In this document: one piece after another, positions 41,721 through 54,800 of the stretch
Position numbering within the stretch: position 1 is the first letter of the stretch
Layout: each line of letters opens with the position of its first letter
Origin: Marsupella aquatica
Lineage: Eukaryota > Plantae > Marchantiophyta
DNA: 64,000 bases
Direction: 5' to 3'
Assembly: GCA_973895155.1 (NCBI GenBank)
Contig: OZ316892.1
Span: 9,218,283 to 9,282,282, forward strand
Program-made: the position numbers and the translations under genes
The notes under the pieces: model-generated
The model's database searches: none
The model's input: only the letters and a program-made list of their open reading frames with translations
Told to the model about the DNA's origin: nothing

Positions 41721-44700
41721 CCTCATGTCAAGGCTCTTGTGTGGCCTCTTCATCAGAGTCCTCAGCATCCTCAGAACCCTCCATCTCCTCGTCCTCTTCA
41801 TTAGCGTCTTCAGCGTCCTTCATCTCCTCTCCGTCACTCTCTTCATCTCCTCTATTGTCAGAATCTTCGACGTCGTTCTGCGTATCGGTCATCCACTCTG
41901 GATCTTGGTCATTGACATCCCCATCTGCGTCACCTTCCCCCTCACCATCCGCATCACTATTGCTCCCTGCATCCTCAACATTGAAGCCGCAGTCGACTTG
42001 ATCTTAATAAAATCAGATCATTTGATAAGAATGACTCACGCGCATATTCGCGTGAAAAGAAATATTAAGAATGTCCACGCGCATGTTCGCGTGACGCAAT
42101 AAAAAGTAAGAGGTTTCAAAGTAACCTACCTTGGATTGGCCCACTAGGGTACTCCGTTGGTCGAATGTACAATCGATCGGAATCTTCAGAGAGTGCATAC
42201 TCTTGCAATAATTGATTACAAATATTATCAGGGATATGTTGTTCATGGAGGACATCCAAAACATCAGCCCTGAGAGCAGTTACGGATGGATGGTACTTCA
42301 TTAATTTATCTATACATTTTTCTATACTAGCCCGTACTGGGTCAATCAATGACAGCGTTGTATCAATTGTCGCCGTGGTGTGTTGCAAGAAACAAGACAA
42401 CTCCCTATGCGTTGCCATAGGGCAGTAATATTTTACATTGGATCCAGCATCCTGTAAAAACAACCAAAATTAGTTCACAATATTAATTGAGAATATAATA
42501 ATCTAAATAATCTTAAAATCAAAACCCCAAAATATAAATCTCAAAACTTACCATTAAGCACTGGATCAAGTTCGTTCCCTCACCGAAGCATATAGCCCAT
42601 TCCCCACATTGGACGAATTGACTAACAATACTTTCAAAGAATGGAAGTATCTTTTCTGGGGAAGGTGTCGTGAACTCGCCGCTCTCTTCAAAATTGGCTA
42701 TCTTCTCAATCCAATATTTGGAGACCAATTGGAACTCGAGGGCTTGTGGATCGCCCATTGTGCTGAAGGCCAAGCTGTGAAAAGCGTAGGTTACAATTAG
42801 CTTCTTCTCCTTCGGCCGCTTCTTAATATAATGGCTATCGACAGTAACGTAGTGTGTGTACTTCCCTAATTCCCGTTTGATTAAGTAAGACTCAACTAGA
42901 GAGGCTACAATAATAACCACATGGTGTGGTTTTGCCCCTATCTCGCTAGTAGCACGAAATAACCCCTCATAGAATGAGCAATTTGGCGGACGCAAATCTC
43001 CCATTGATGAGGGATCAAAATAAATCAAGCTCGTAAGGTTCTTGTCTTCACGTATGATACAGTCTGCAAACCCAGCATTTTGTATATCCTACAGGGATCG
43101 TAATTTTGGCCTCTCACCGACCGGCCGCACTAGTTGGTTTCCTTGACTATCAACTGATTTCTGTATTCCTTCCACCAACCTGTAGAATATCGGGTCGATC
43201 TCTTCAACAAATTATCATTACTAATATTTACATTTAAGCACTTCTTCAGATAACCACTCAACGCATCTCTCAACTGCTTTAGCACCATCTTGTCGAGCTT
43301 AAAGCGATCAATCATTCCTTTGACCCGCAATTTCCGCGCTGAATCTGTCAGACTTTTCAGCTCCGTCCGGGTGGATGTATCCCCGTTGAGTTTACTCAAT
43401 AATAAAATCTCAAACTCAACTTTTGTCTTCTTCTTTATACAAAATTGCTCCAAACTCATGCTGGTCGTTGACAACACTGGAGCCTCAGAGGACTTCAATC
43501 CTCGCTTTCCCAGATTTCACTTTGATGCGTCGGTTTTTGAGTATAGACAGTCTTCCACTCAACATATATTCCGCTGCCTTTCGAAGAACCAAGTCTGAGC
43601 ACCCTTGACAAGAATGGAATGTCTTCTTCAGAAGATGATAAGCACATGGATTATCCGCAATTTTGACAGCGTCCCTCTATAAAATTCCGTTGTAAATTAC
43701 AAGCTCTCCTGTCCTTGATAGTTTGTAGACCTCCATCCACTTCTTGAATGTTTCGTCCTCCATTGTAAAGAGAAACAGAGCCAATTCTCCAAATTTCATC
43801 ATTTTGTTCTTCCCCATTTGAGCCCATGGGCAAACAAAACTCATAGCTCTCATAAATACCTGAAAAACAATGGAAACATGACAATTCTAAGATTGACGCG
43901 ACCGTTCGCGTGAGAAAAATTCTAAGCTTGACGCGACCGTTTGCGTGGTAAAAGTTTAAACAATAATGTGATCGAAGAGGGTTATTTATATACCTTCCAA
44001 TTTGGATGACGATAATATGATCCAGGGCGCCCAAATGAGTTCCAGATATTACGACACTGTCGTACAATGGTGAGAAATTGTCCTTCTTCCATTGATGTTT
44101 GATGACAGTGGTTTAGAGCTTTTGATAATCCCATTAAATGAACATTATTGTCGTTGTTGAGCGTTGCCCAAAACATTACAGCTTCTACAGTACCACAAGT
44201 GTCTCGTACAACTTGGCTGACTTTGTCGTCCTCTTTCAGCAATTTGTAGGCCATTATTGTGTGCTGGCCTCCGAGTATCCAAAAATGATTGGTCATAATG
44301 TCCTCCTCCTTTGGTGCCGAATCGTAGGGTGCCCCATTGTAGTCGGGATCTCTGTCGGCCTCCGACTGAACCCACTTCACAGGGACTAAAAAGCAGCATC
44401 GCTTTTTGAACTTTATAGCCGAATGAGAGAGGAGTGAATTTTTTAGCCTATCTGTGTAATCCTGATTCCACTCTCGGCACTTGATGTGGTCTGGTGCAAG
44501 ATGACAACGTGATGTCTCAACAAAAAATGACTTGTTAAATATATTCACAGCACTATATTCTTTGAAGAAAAAATCAAACAGAGCCCCGACATTCGCTGAG
44601 GTAATTACTTTCGGAAGATTCTTCGCCGAGTATACTTCAACCTTGGTCACTGGCGGGGCCTTTCCCAAGCGAAATCCCTGGTTGAAAGGAACTCTCTAGA

Positions 44701-45374
44701 ACTCAAGTACGTCAATAATGTATTGACAAATCAAATCTCCCGTTGATCCCTCTGGATCAGAAGGATATCCCACACTAGTAACCTTTTCCAAGGCATGCCT
44801 TGCACCTAGAAGATCATCGATTATGGGCTGATTGAAGGTTACATATTGCGTTCGATCCAAACAAATGCTTATTTTGTCCTCCTGTTGGTCGTCGCTGACT
44901 AGCAGAACCAATCCCTCTGTACACTCTTTAACTTTCATGTTCTTCTCAAAGAAACACCCAAGAATTTGTGATCTCTCCAAAACTGTAGCTTTATCATTTT
45001 TTGCCACCACAAGATGGACAGCCCCATTGCGAACGACTATTCCAAAATTGGATATCTCAGTCGATTCAAAGAGATGGATACTCTTTGTCTCCGTTGTTCT
45101 CTCGGGGGGTTGACTATCAAAAATTTTAGAAACCACGTGCGATCCAACATAGGTATTTTTGACAGATTTTAACTAAATTTTTAAAAAGAGTAGGAGGCAA
45201 AAGAAGGTATTATAAACTCATGTTTATAGAATATTCTTTAATATATACCCTTTATAAAGTAAAATAGGTTATTAATATTGAAAATAGAGAATATTCTTGG
45301 AATATTTTCTTTATAAAATAGGTCTATTTATATTAGGCTAGGATCGCACGTGGTACCCCAAAATATACACTTAG

Positions 45375-46130
45375 TTAACCCCCCGAGGTTATTCTCTCTC
45401 TGATTGACTTTCCTCGATATGCAAGTATGGATGTCTCCGTGGGAGTCATTTTTGTCTTGGCTTTCTTACGAGAAGCAGCTTTAGACGAGTCTCTTTTCCG
45501 CTTTGAAGTTCTGGTAGGATCCATTCTGAAACAAACAAATATTGAAAGTTAAACGTTTATTATAAAATACTAACACGCGCATGGTCACGTCGTGCCGAAT
45601 TACATTTTAGGAACGTTTATCCTGACCCAATCTTCTCGCTCATCTTCATCTAACCAAAACCAAAGGTTCTTAAACGTGTCAAGTTCAGATCCTTCAAATC
45701 CACCCAGAATGTCCAGTGGCGGGAGAGTTCTGATGGATTCTGTAAATCTGAATGCTACACTTCGTGAAGTCAAATGCCTTCAAAGCGATTCATATCCTAG
45801 TCTATCAGTGAAGTCGTAAGCTACCAAGGTGACCGTCGCCCAAGTACTACTATAAGTAACTATGTGGCACCACTTCTTACTGACTGTTCGAATGGCGATC
45901 AAGTCCATGACCCGATTTTTAATCGCATTATCCGACAAATTCCCAAGACAATGGAAAAACTCTTTGACTAATGGCCAAATATATTTCTCGACAATATCGT
46001 CCGGAAGACCGGGTATCAGGTCTTCAGCTTGACTCCATATCATGTTTCGGTTCATAACCTTTGCACGTGCAATGCGCTCCATCATCATTTGACGATGAGA
46101 TTTTTGATTCATGTCAAAGGACTGCAACAT
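45375..46130 (-). pseudogene. F-box-like repeat/paralog 3 with basic C-terminal exon (intron 45603-45526)
   Basis: LIPGLPDDIVEKYIWP...IRTVSKKWCHIV. After the in-frame TGA at 45780-45782 homology continues (LPPLDILG...LDEDERE). The last exon KRKRDSSKAASRKKAK is NLS-like. Confidence 0.7.
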
Positions 46131-46164
46131 AATATGGAAAAGATTAAGAACAAGAACCTATCAA

Positions 46165-46731
46165 TTAAGAACTAGGACCACCTAGATTCTGAGAAAATCT
46201 TCCAAACCTTTCGATTAGAACATCTCGTTCTTCCTCATCTAAATAGTTATATTTGTTCATAAACAATATGATTTCGTCAGAAGTAGTAGTCCCAAGAACA
46301 GATATTTCTGGAAGCATAGAAATATCCTGTCGAATAACTCGACAGACTGAGTCAAACTCCAACTCGTCAGTTTCGGGGATGTAGTAAAGTGCTTCATTTG
46401 CGTCATCGAAAATCTGGTTTGCTTGTTTGAGGATAGCCCATAACCTTGTATTTGTAACTAAAAAGTTCCACTTCTTGCTACAAGCTCCAAGCCGAATAAG
46501 GTCTCGGACCCTATCGATAACCAAATCGTTATCGGGGTGTTGATATCAATGCAATCCTTCAATTGAAATAAAGTGTTTGTAGAGTATTGGCCAAATGTTT
46601 GAAATGACCAAAACATTTGGTATTCCTCCAATGAGACTAGAGGAGGTTTCATCCAGCGTATCCCATATTATTTTCTATTTCTTTTCATGAGATGAAAGAA
46701 AATCTCGAGCCTCATTCAAAAGTTGGCTCAT
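46165..46731 (-). pseudogene. F-box-like repeat/paralog 2
   Basis: From ATG 46731: LIGGIPNVLVISNIWP...LGACSKKWNFLV...LPEISVLG...LDEEERD, with two in-frame stops (TAG, TGA). Confidence 0.7.
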
Positions 46732-46796
46732 CCTGCTTTTATCATATCACAAAACATTGTTAGAAGACATACGACGCGCTTGGTCACGTAGGTTAA

Positions 46797-47120
46797 CTAG
46801 AATTCCTTAAAAGCGTAGATGTCACCCTCAAGGTATCCAACTTCGTGGCATCTAACTGTAAATTTCCATTTTTCAAGAGGGTGAAGAGCATCGTAAGTCT
46901 TCGTGAAGAGTTCCCTAAGATCTCTGGACATTGACCCCATAAATTTAATTCTTGGGTATTTCTGGAAGAAACTTTGAACTATCGATGAGAGAGACTCATT
47001 TCCGATCGGTTTAGTAGGATTTCCTGGGAAAGCCAAATCTAATAAACTCAACTTGATTACACCCAGAAGATAGGTATTCCCAACAAGGTGGCATCATCTG
47101 CGACACACCAAAGATAGTCC
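46797..47120 (-). pseudogene. C-terminal half of F-box-like paralog 1, split by the transposon
   Basis: GLSLVCRR*CHLVGNTYLLGVIKLSLLDL aligns with IRTVSKKWCHIVTYSSTWATVTLVAYDF of paralog 3, and is in frame with 55471-55244. Confidence 0.8.
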
Positions 47121-47684
47121 TACAAAACAAGAAGCCTTAAATGATGAGTAACAAGCCCATACTTTAGGAACTCTAGCCAAAAAATCAGAAAAACAACGAA
47201 AAAGTCAAAAAAAGTGCAAAAATAGCACCTATTTTAGAGCAAAAATATGGAGCGAACAAAATATGACATAAACTAGCTATGTTTTGACACCTAAAAATGA
47301 CCAAATTCATCTGAAGTTACATTCCACCAATAAATGATCTCAAATACAACACTATTATCTACAATGGTCTCACAATTACACGAGGTGTCTTTTGAAACAA
47401 CAACTAAATCACCTCCAAAAGCCATTGTCATTTAAAAACCAGAAAATAAATTACTACAACTTAACCTGATACACATTATTGTGAAAAGAAGACAAGGAGA
47501 ATAGAAATGACACCATCTAATTGAATTGAAACACAACCCACTAAGATAATATTAAATTACAAATTTCTCAAGAAACTTTAACCATGAATTCATGAATAAG
47601 TGGTAAAGGCATTTTGAAAATTTGTAAATTTTCAACTTATCCATGTTTTTCAATGGTAATGTCACAAACAATAACTACTTTTCA

Positions 47685-50600
47685 TTACTCAGATCCAGAA
47701 GTTCTCAATTCTTGAAACGAAATATCCCTAGATTTATCTCCTAGCGGGGTTCTAGTTGATCCATTCTCTTGTTCTTGCTCTTTCTCTTCTGCCAAAAATT
47801 CAGTCAATCGGATTTTGATTCGATCTACTGTCTTTTTGTACAATGTATCAGATTTTGTCAACATGAAGTTGTAAGCAAAAACAGTCGTTGAAGATAAATC
47901 AAGCTCTTGGTGAAACCATATTGGTTTCAAAGTTCCTTTCCCACGACCACTTTTCTTCTTTTCGTAGTTTAAGACTTCTGGTAAGTACTTGGCTTTCCAA
48001 GGATCTGACCCGGTTTTTGGAGCATGCCATAAAACATAAATCATTTTTGGAATGTTGAACTCGTCGCGCTGGTCAATTCTTTCCACCTTGGCCACCCAAA
48101 ATGTTTCCGATTCTTCTCCAGCAATAGAAATATAAGTGTTGACTTCAAGATCCGAAAAGTCTCCTTCCATATTCTCCTTCTCTGCATCTATCTTTCCTTG
48201 ATTCCGATAAGGACCCACGTATATATCTCTGGTAGGTCCGTATACTCTCTCTTCAATTTCCTCTTCATTGACAAGGACTCTGGGAACTTCAGCAGCAACA
48301 GCAATCTCCCTTTGGGAGCGTGGCCATTGAAAAGGGAAAATCAATGGTCTTTGATCAAGGAGCAAAGATTTATTCAATTCCCGTTGCTCTTCAAAAAACA
48401 TTCTCCACCAGTTCACTTCCTCTTCTGAGAATAAAGTTTCAACTGCAAGTATTCCCTTTTGAATCTCATTTAACGAATCATCCATCTCCTTCAAAGTCAT
48501 TCTTGAAGAACTAGACATATTTGGTTGAGTCCTTGTAACGTTCTTATCCCCCTTTTTGAAAAGGGGTAATCCGGGAGCACAACCCATCACCTTTTCTGGC
48601 TCCTCTTCCCTCAAAAATTTCACGCCTCCGTCAGGTTTCCAAGTTGAGTCCGTGGAAAACTTCTTCCCCCATTGGGTTGGAACTTGATTTTCCAACTTGT
48701 CAAATGCAAATTTGTACTGGTGGTGGAAGGTAACATTTCGAATCCTTTCAATGACTAAAGGTGGATCTGAGAAGGCATATTGACGGAAATCATATGTTTC
48801 CTTTAAAAGAGTGATATTTGGTTGGGGTTGATATGATTCACAAATAATATCACATAGGCTTTCGTATGTGAATGCCTTAAACCTTGCTAGTCGTTTAGAA
48901 AATCGACTGAACATTTGATCTATTTGGTCGTGTGTGTGTCCAACCAACAAGAATCCTAGTTTGATTTTCCGAAAAACCTTTCTTCGAATCAACATATGAA
49001 GATAGGCAAAGAGTAAATTATTTTTATTTTCTCTACTGGTATTATCAAGTTGAAGATAGAGAACAGGCGGCAAGCCACCAGGCTTTTCTTCCCATTCGTG
49101 AAACACCCTTTGCAGGATTGTGACTGTCAAGTTTCCATCATTATGCAATACAGGATAATTAAGAAACACTCTTGAAAATAGTGCACCATTGAAAACCAGG
49201 CATCCGACAACGTGCATTTGGATCAAACATGTTTTGTCCACCGATTTTGGGGGCCGCGGCCAATGAGGCAACCTTGTCTTCTTCTGATCCATCCCATCAA
49301 TGACAACTCCCAAATATTTATCAGAATTTGAAAAACATTTCTTACGATGCTTCGCGAGTTTCTCACGTTCTTTGGATTGTTGGTCTCTATGTTTTTGTAA
49401 CATAATTTCCCCTCGCCCTGGAAAAACAACTTGTTAGTTTCTTCAAAAAAAATTAGAAATCATGTGTTAAGCCATATTCTTGAAACAAAAACTTGTCAAA
49501 CTTGTAAGCAACTTACTCTTTTCGGTCTCCGAGACAGCTTTGTCCCAAATTGATTTGAACTCCTCGCAATCCGCGCAAGCACTGAATCGATTGACTGGAG
49601 GAATCTTCACATGACCAAATTCTTGAACCCAAACTTTCAAGAATTGTCGATAGGATATTTTTGAAGATTCATCAATCTTGGCATAGTTGGAGTCGTAGAT
49701 CTTCCATACCTCCAGCTTTGAATAATTATCCGGTAAATGTGAAACTTCTTTATTTGGCAATGTTTCCACGCGTGTCTCAAAAAATGACCTAAGCCAACTG
49801 ACCAAGACTAATCTTTTAACAGATGGAGGGCGTCCAACTGGTTTAGAATATCCTAAGTCTTGGTTGTCTAATTTCAAAATTCTATTTAATCTATGATTGC
49901 CAACGCAAAATATAAGCTTGAAAGCTTTCCGACAAATACTCTTTTGACCAAACGTGTAAGATATAGTCTGCCTCCCTCCTTCATTTCCATCTCGCTTTAT
50001 AAGCCACTGCAAAGATAAAGATCGATCCTGAGATTTCTGCCTCAAAAATTTAGAACGCGCCTCACGAATTTCTTTTGGAGATAGACTTAGGAGACAATGA
50101 CTCTGACAACAGTACTTACTATTTGTTTTCTTGATATCCTCCTCTTTCAACTTTGTTTCACACAAAGTGGCATTGCTCGTACGTTTGTAACGACTAGATG
50201 CCACCGGAACATCATCATCCTCCCCACTCTCCGAAGACTCGCTTTCATTCGATGATGAAATGGTCACCAACATTTGCTTTTGAACATGCCTAGATTCCAG
50301 ACCTGCAGCCTTCGGAGATGGAGGCTCTTCCTTCACTCTATGCACCCTTGGAATACCTGGGCGTATTTCAGAAATCCCTCCATTACCGTGTAGGGACCCT
50401 TTCAATATTTTCCTAGGGTCCCTCTCCACCAGGTTGGTTTCCCTGTTTGAGTTTCCGTGACTTGATCCGCTCCCTGCCCCAACACCATGACTCCTAGGTA
50501 AAACTGAGGAACGCACATTAGAATTCTTTTCTGGAATACTTTTCAATAACACTGGTCGTCTAGTTTCTTCCCTCATCCCCCTGTGAAATGTTTCCGACGT

Positions 50601-50945
50601 TGGCTTACCAAAGGTTTTACTTTTTGGCATTTGCTTCAGCCGCTGAACACTTTGCAGACTGCAAAAATCTCTGTCATTTTCCCCACTTAGTGCCTTCTTC
50701 GTCTTTCCAAATCCAGTCTTCATGAATTCATGAGACCGTTTCCCAGACATCCAAATAGGCATTGAACCTTCCAGATTACTCCCCAATTTGTCCTTTGTTG
50801 GTGACAAAGGAGATACAACTTGACGTCCAGGGGGACCAATACTCTCCAAGGAGTCAGAGGAGCTCCCTGACCTCTCTTTACCACCGACCAATGATTTCTT
50901 CCCACTAATTGCAAGTCGTAAAGGACTACGTTTTAACTTGCTCAT
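47685..50945 (-). CDS. DDE/D-type transposase, DUF7869/Sola-like; exons 50945-49517 and 49417-47685 (1053 aa)
   Basis: Cys cluster CCQSHC...ICRKAF and FSACADC, then VIDGMDQ, LQLDNTSRENKN and FLLVGHTHDQIDQMFS. Phase-1 GT-AG intron at 49516-49418. Located between the TIRs. Confidence 0.85.
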
Positions 50946-51631
50946 AGGGGTGGGGGTGGCATATCTAAAACAGTAGTTATTCCAGGGATATCTGGGCCAA
51001 CCATTGTGCAGGGGCCATCCGGCAATGAAACATCATCAGAAACTCCATCTGAATAATCATCTGATTCGTAACACGCCGCCATTGGAAAAACTAGTGCAAA
51101 TTGACAAGAAACTCAGAAAATCAGTAAAATCTAACAAATGTTCTCAAAATAATGACCAAGAGTCATGAATAAACGAGCCTATTTATAGTTTTTCACGGAT
51201 TGTTGGGACTTTTTAACTTCAAAAATATCAAATATTCATGAAATTTGCAAGCTTTTTCCCGTTAATACCCCGAAATATTCATGAATAATTGGCCCAAAAA
51301 CATTGATTTATCATGATTCTGGGTTAATTTTACTAAGTCACGCCTGATCCGTGATTAGTATGTATAACCAAGGAACACGGGCCAGCCCATTCATTTTCAC
51401 TCAATGTCATTTGGATTTCCTTTGTAAAAGAGTGAAAAACAATCTCGATATCCAATTTCGTGCCATTTTCAGCACTCATCGGCGACGTGTCGCGAGTTGT
51501 CGCGGTCGCACTTCATTTCGACCCTATTTTAGGTAGTAATTTAGGCCCTGGGTGATTTCTTCATGTCACCCCCCTCCGAACCCTATTTTAAATACCCTTC
51601 TGCATCACCGAGGTGTACAAGCAAAGAGAGA

Positions 51632-51696
51632 GGAGACTCCCTTCATGAATTCATGAAGGTCGGAGCGAGAGGGAGACTCCCTTCATGAATTCATGA
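51632..51696. promoter_or_regulatory. Direct repeat (period 40) of a palindrome in the divergent promoter region
   Basis: GGAGACTCCCTTCATGAATTCATGA occurs twice. Perfect 20-bp palindrome CCTTCATGAATTCATGAAGG at 51640-51659. A regulatory role is inferred only. Confidence 0.55.
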
Positions 51697-51861
51697 TAGG
51701 AGTCCTGGGGTGGCCGAGAGCGTTGTTAGATCCGTAAGGACACGGTTTTAGTAGCCATTTGTTGGCACATTCCTTGGTTCTGTGGCACTTTGTCTCGCAG
51801 GTTGGGGTTGAAGTGGACTGATTTTGTGGTATGTTCTCAGGTTTGAAGATCAGGCAAAAAC

Positions 51862-54800
51862 ATGACAATGTCGCAGGAAGAGCTGGTGGATGACATCTTT
51901 TCGCGCCATCCTTTGACGGACTTCCACAACTCATCCTGGACGATTTCCTTAGGGATGGAAACATGGAAGAAGCCCTTCCTAATGCTGTGTGTATTTGAGG
52001 GGCTTCCATCGGGGGCATTAGGGTGGGTAAATTACGGCCGCATCGATGTATTTCGACGGGGCGACGAAGTTGTGAACATGTTGATCACAACGAAGGAAAC
52101 ATTAACTTTGATTGTCGTGGATGTGGAGAGGTTTTCTGGAACGGCTGCCACCTGCTATCTCGATGAGGACATCGATAGCATCATTGAGACTGTCAAGTCT
52201 CTTTCGAGTGAGGAACGTTACCACGACGTCGCGGGAAAGATTTCCGGTTTTGTGTTTGAATTTCACGCTAGCACTTTAAAGAGTGCAATCCGAAAATCAA
52301 GAGAGATTCTCTGGAAAAGGTCGGCAGAGAAGGGAGTAAGTCGTCCACCCAAATCTGGGGCTTCCGGTGTTCCTTCTGGATCGAGGCCTAGCATTTTACC
52401 CGATGATATTTTGACCGTGGTAGCGCCTACAACCTCCCGGGAAGCAGCAGCATCTGGAGGGGGATCTCAAGTTGGCAGATCATCCCAGGGAACGGCTTTG
52501 ATTGGTGGGTCGGCACAAGGTACGACTGGAACTCGCATTTCTTCAAAGAAGCGACCTGCTATGACTCCTGAGCCTACCGAGCCCAGTGCTACAAAGTCAA
52601 AAACGAAGACTTTGGAGAAAATTCCAACGCATTTGGAGCAAAAGGCTCAATCAATGTCAATGGATGCACGGGTATTGTACCAGGAGGAGATTCTGGGAAG
52701 ATGTGGTGTTCAAGAGGAGACCGTGACCGTTGACATTGGTCAACTTTACCCTCCAGTGAGAGAGAAGGCTGTGGGCTTGCCCATTTACCAGGTCCGACAC
52801 ATCCAACCATATTTCTTGACCCAATTGACCTTGCGGATGAAGAATGTAGGTGCCAGTCCACTTGCAGCTCCGTTTGTCCTCTTGGTGGATCCGAAGGAGT
52901 GTGCTACTAGGCAAGACTTTGATTTTTCAAGGAAAGCTGATTACCATTATTATGTGATTGGGGGCAACCATTCAGCCTGTGCCAAAGCAGACCTTGCTCT
53001 TCAGTTCCCTAACAACAAGGCATTTCGGAGAGTGCAATCTTGGATATTTGCGGGATTGAGTGTGCAAGAGGCAAGAAACCTTGCGTGGAGTCACAATATT
53101 GATTCTGAATTTCGACAACAGATGACGACAATCCAGAGAGTAAATTATATTCACATGAGATTTGTTGAGAATGGATTGTCGTCCAACCAGGATTTCAAGA
53201 AAGAGTGTGCTACTGAAATCAATCTCAAGGATTGGGGTGTACGAAAGGATGCTGAGGTTCTTAATGCCAATGATAACCTATTTCAGTTGGCATTCCGACA
53301 AGATCCTGTGTGGTCATTTGTGAGGCAGATTTGTGACAAGTGGGAGATGTGTGAGATCAAAGGTCAAAAAGGAGACAAAGGCAAGAAGAAAGTCTCTAAG
53401 TCTGGAGATGCCAAATTGCCTTATGAGGACATGAAATTAACAGAGTGGAGACACATGCAGGCCTTGAAAGATCCTGATATGATTTGCCCAGTGTTACAGA
53501 GAGTTCTTACTAAAGAACTCTCTTTACAGGAAATGGGTCATGAATTTACTCGACACAAATTTCAGATGCAGGTGCAGAAGGCCTTCCTCACGTGTCTACA
53601 CGAGGAGAGTTGGTCAGGTTGTAAAACCAAGTACCCTGAGCATTGCACAGACAATGTGCTTAAGAATTTTGTACCTGTTTTCCAGACATGGGTAAGATTC
53701 TGTCACCTTTCTTCGAATGATTGTTTGAATTCATTTAATATTTGGAATCCTTGTTTCTAATTCTACAGTTCCTTTTTGTAGAAAGATACCACCTCCCGGA
53801 AAAAGAAGGGAGATGAGGAAGGCAAAGATCTCAAGTCATTCCCGGACAAATTCAATGCGCATATTGTGCAAGCCCAAAATTGGCTATCCATGAAGACTTC
53901 TAGTCGGCAAACCCAAGAGGGGGAACTTCATCCAAATTCGTTTGAGCATCCAGAGTTTGGTGATGTGCACTATGATATTTTTACTCATGATGCTCAGCGA
54001 TTACATGAGGTGGTTCCGGGTCGGGCTTACACATTAGCTTTAGTGGATATTCCCTACGGGTTTGCATTGCCTGGATGTCTTCATGAAGACACTATTGGAT
54101 GGGGAACTGAGGAGATCACAAAAATGGTCCAATCGTTCAAGGTGGCTACTACTGCAAAGTTGTGGCGTATTATCATTCACCACAGCCTTGACCAATATGA
54201 GGCCATCAAGACCGTTTTGAAAGCGGAGTGTAATGGAGGGTTCCAGAATTGTGTGTGGTAAGAAATATTTGTTTTTGAAAAAAACAACTATTAGTTATTC
54301 ATGATTTCATGAACCATGTTTCTCAGTTTAAATAACTCCTTGACTTTTTGTGACTTTTCAGGGTTAAGGATAATGTGAAGAATGCTGGTGGACCAAGATT
54401 GAACAGCAACTTTGAGTGCTTTACAATTGGCTTTCACAGCCAGGATGGTAAACGGTCATTGGAGCACTTCAATTTTGACACAAATGAATCAAGGAACAAT
54501 GTGGTTGTATGCGCAGCTGTGACTAAGAAGCTGAAACACAACGGGGATAACAAGGCAGTGAATGTTTATCAGAAACCACGTGCATTGTTAGATTGGGAAG
54601 TGAGTCATTTTAGTCAGGTTGGAGACTGGGTTTTGGATATTTGTTCAGGATCAGGGACTGGGACAACCTCCTCCTTGGCCATGGGGAGACATTGCGTTGC
54701 CATTGAGATTGACGAGCGACAGAGCAGTGTGTTGAAAGGGAGGATTCTTAACCTTGTAGATAACATTGAAGAGGAAGACGGACAGGGGGAGATGGATGAG

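Larger units (their letters stand above)
36660..45136 (-). pseudogene. Giant multi-exon multidomain gene with nonsense and frameshift lesions: ParB-like, helical region, degenerate amino-MTase, acidic tract, EEAR/EKAEA repeats, Ulp1 protease, 3 FCP1/NIF-like HAD domains
   Basis: Exons at about 45136-43994, 43859-43133, 43089-42552, 42451-42130, 42002-40535, 40470-40236, 40084-39296, 39209-38318, 38182-37461 and 37389-36660. In-phase GT-AG introns verified at 43993-43860, 42551-42452, 42129-42003, 40235-40085 and 39295-39210. The true start codon and some junctions are uncertain. Confidence 0.75.

Noticed and set aside
40865-42102. Plus-strand and alternative-frame ORFs (SASAF, LLLPG, GGGPA, RRRPG repeats)
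   Set aside because: These are shadow frames of the 15-bp coding repeats on the minus strand.
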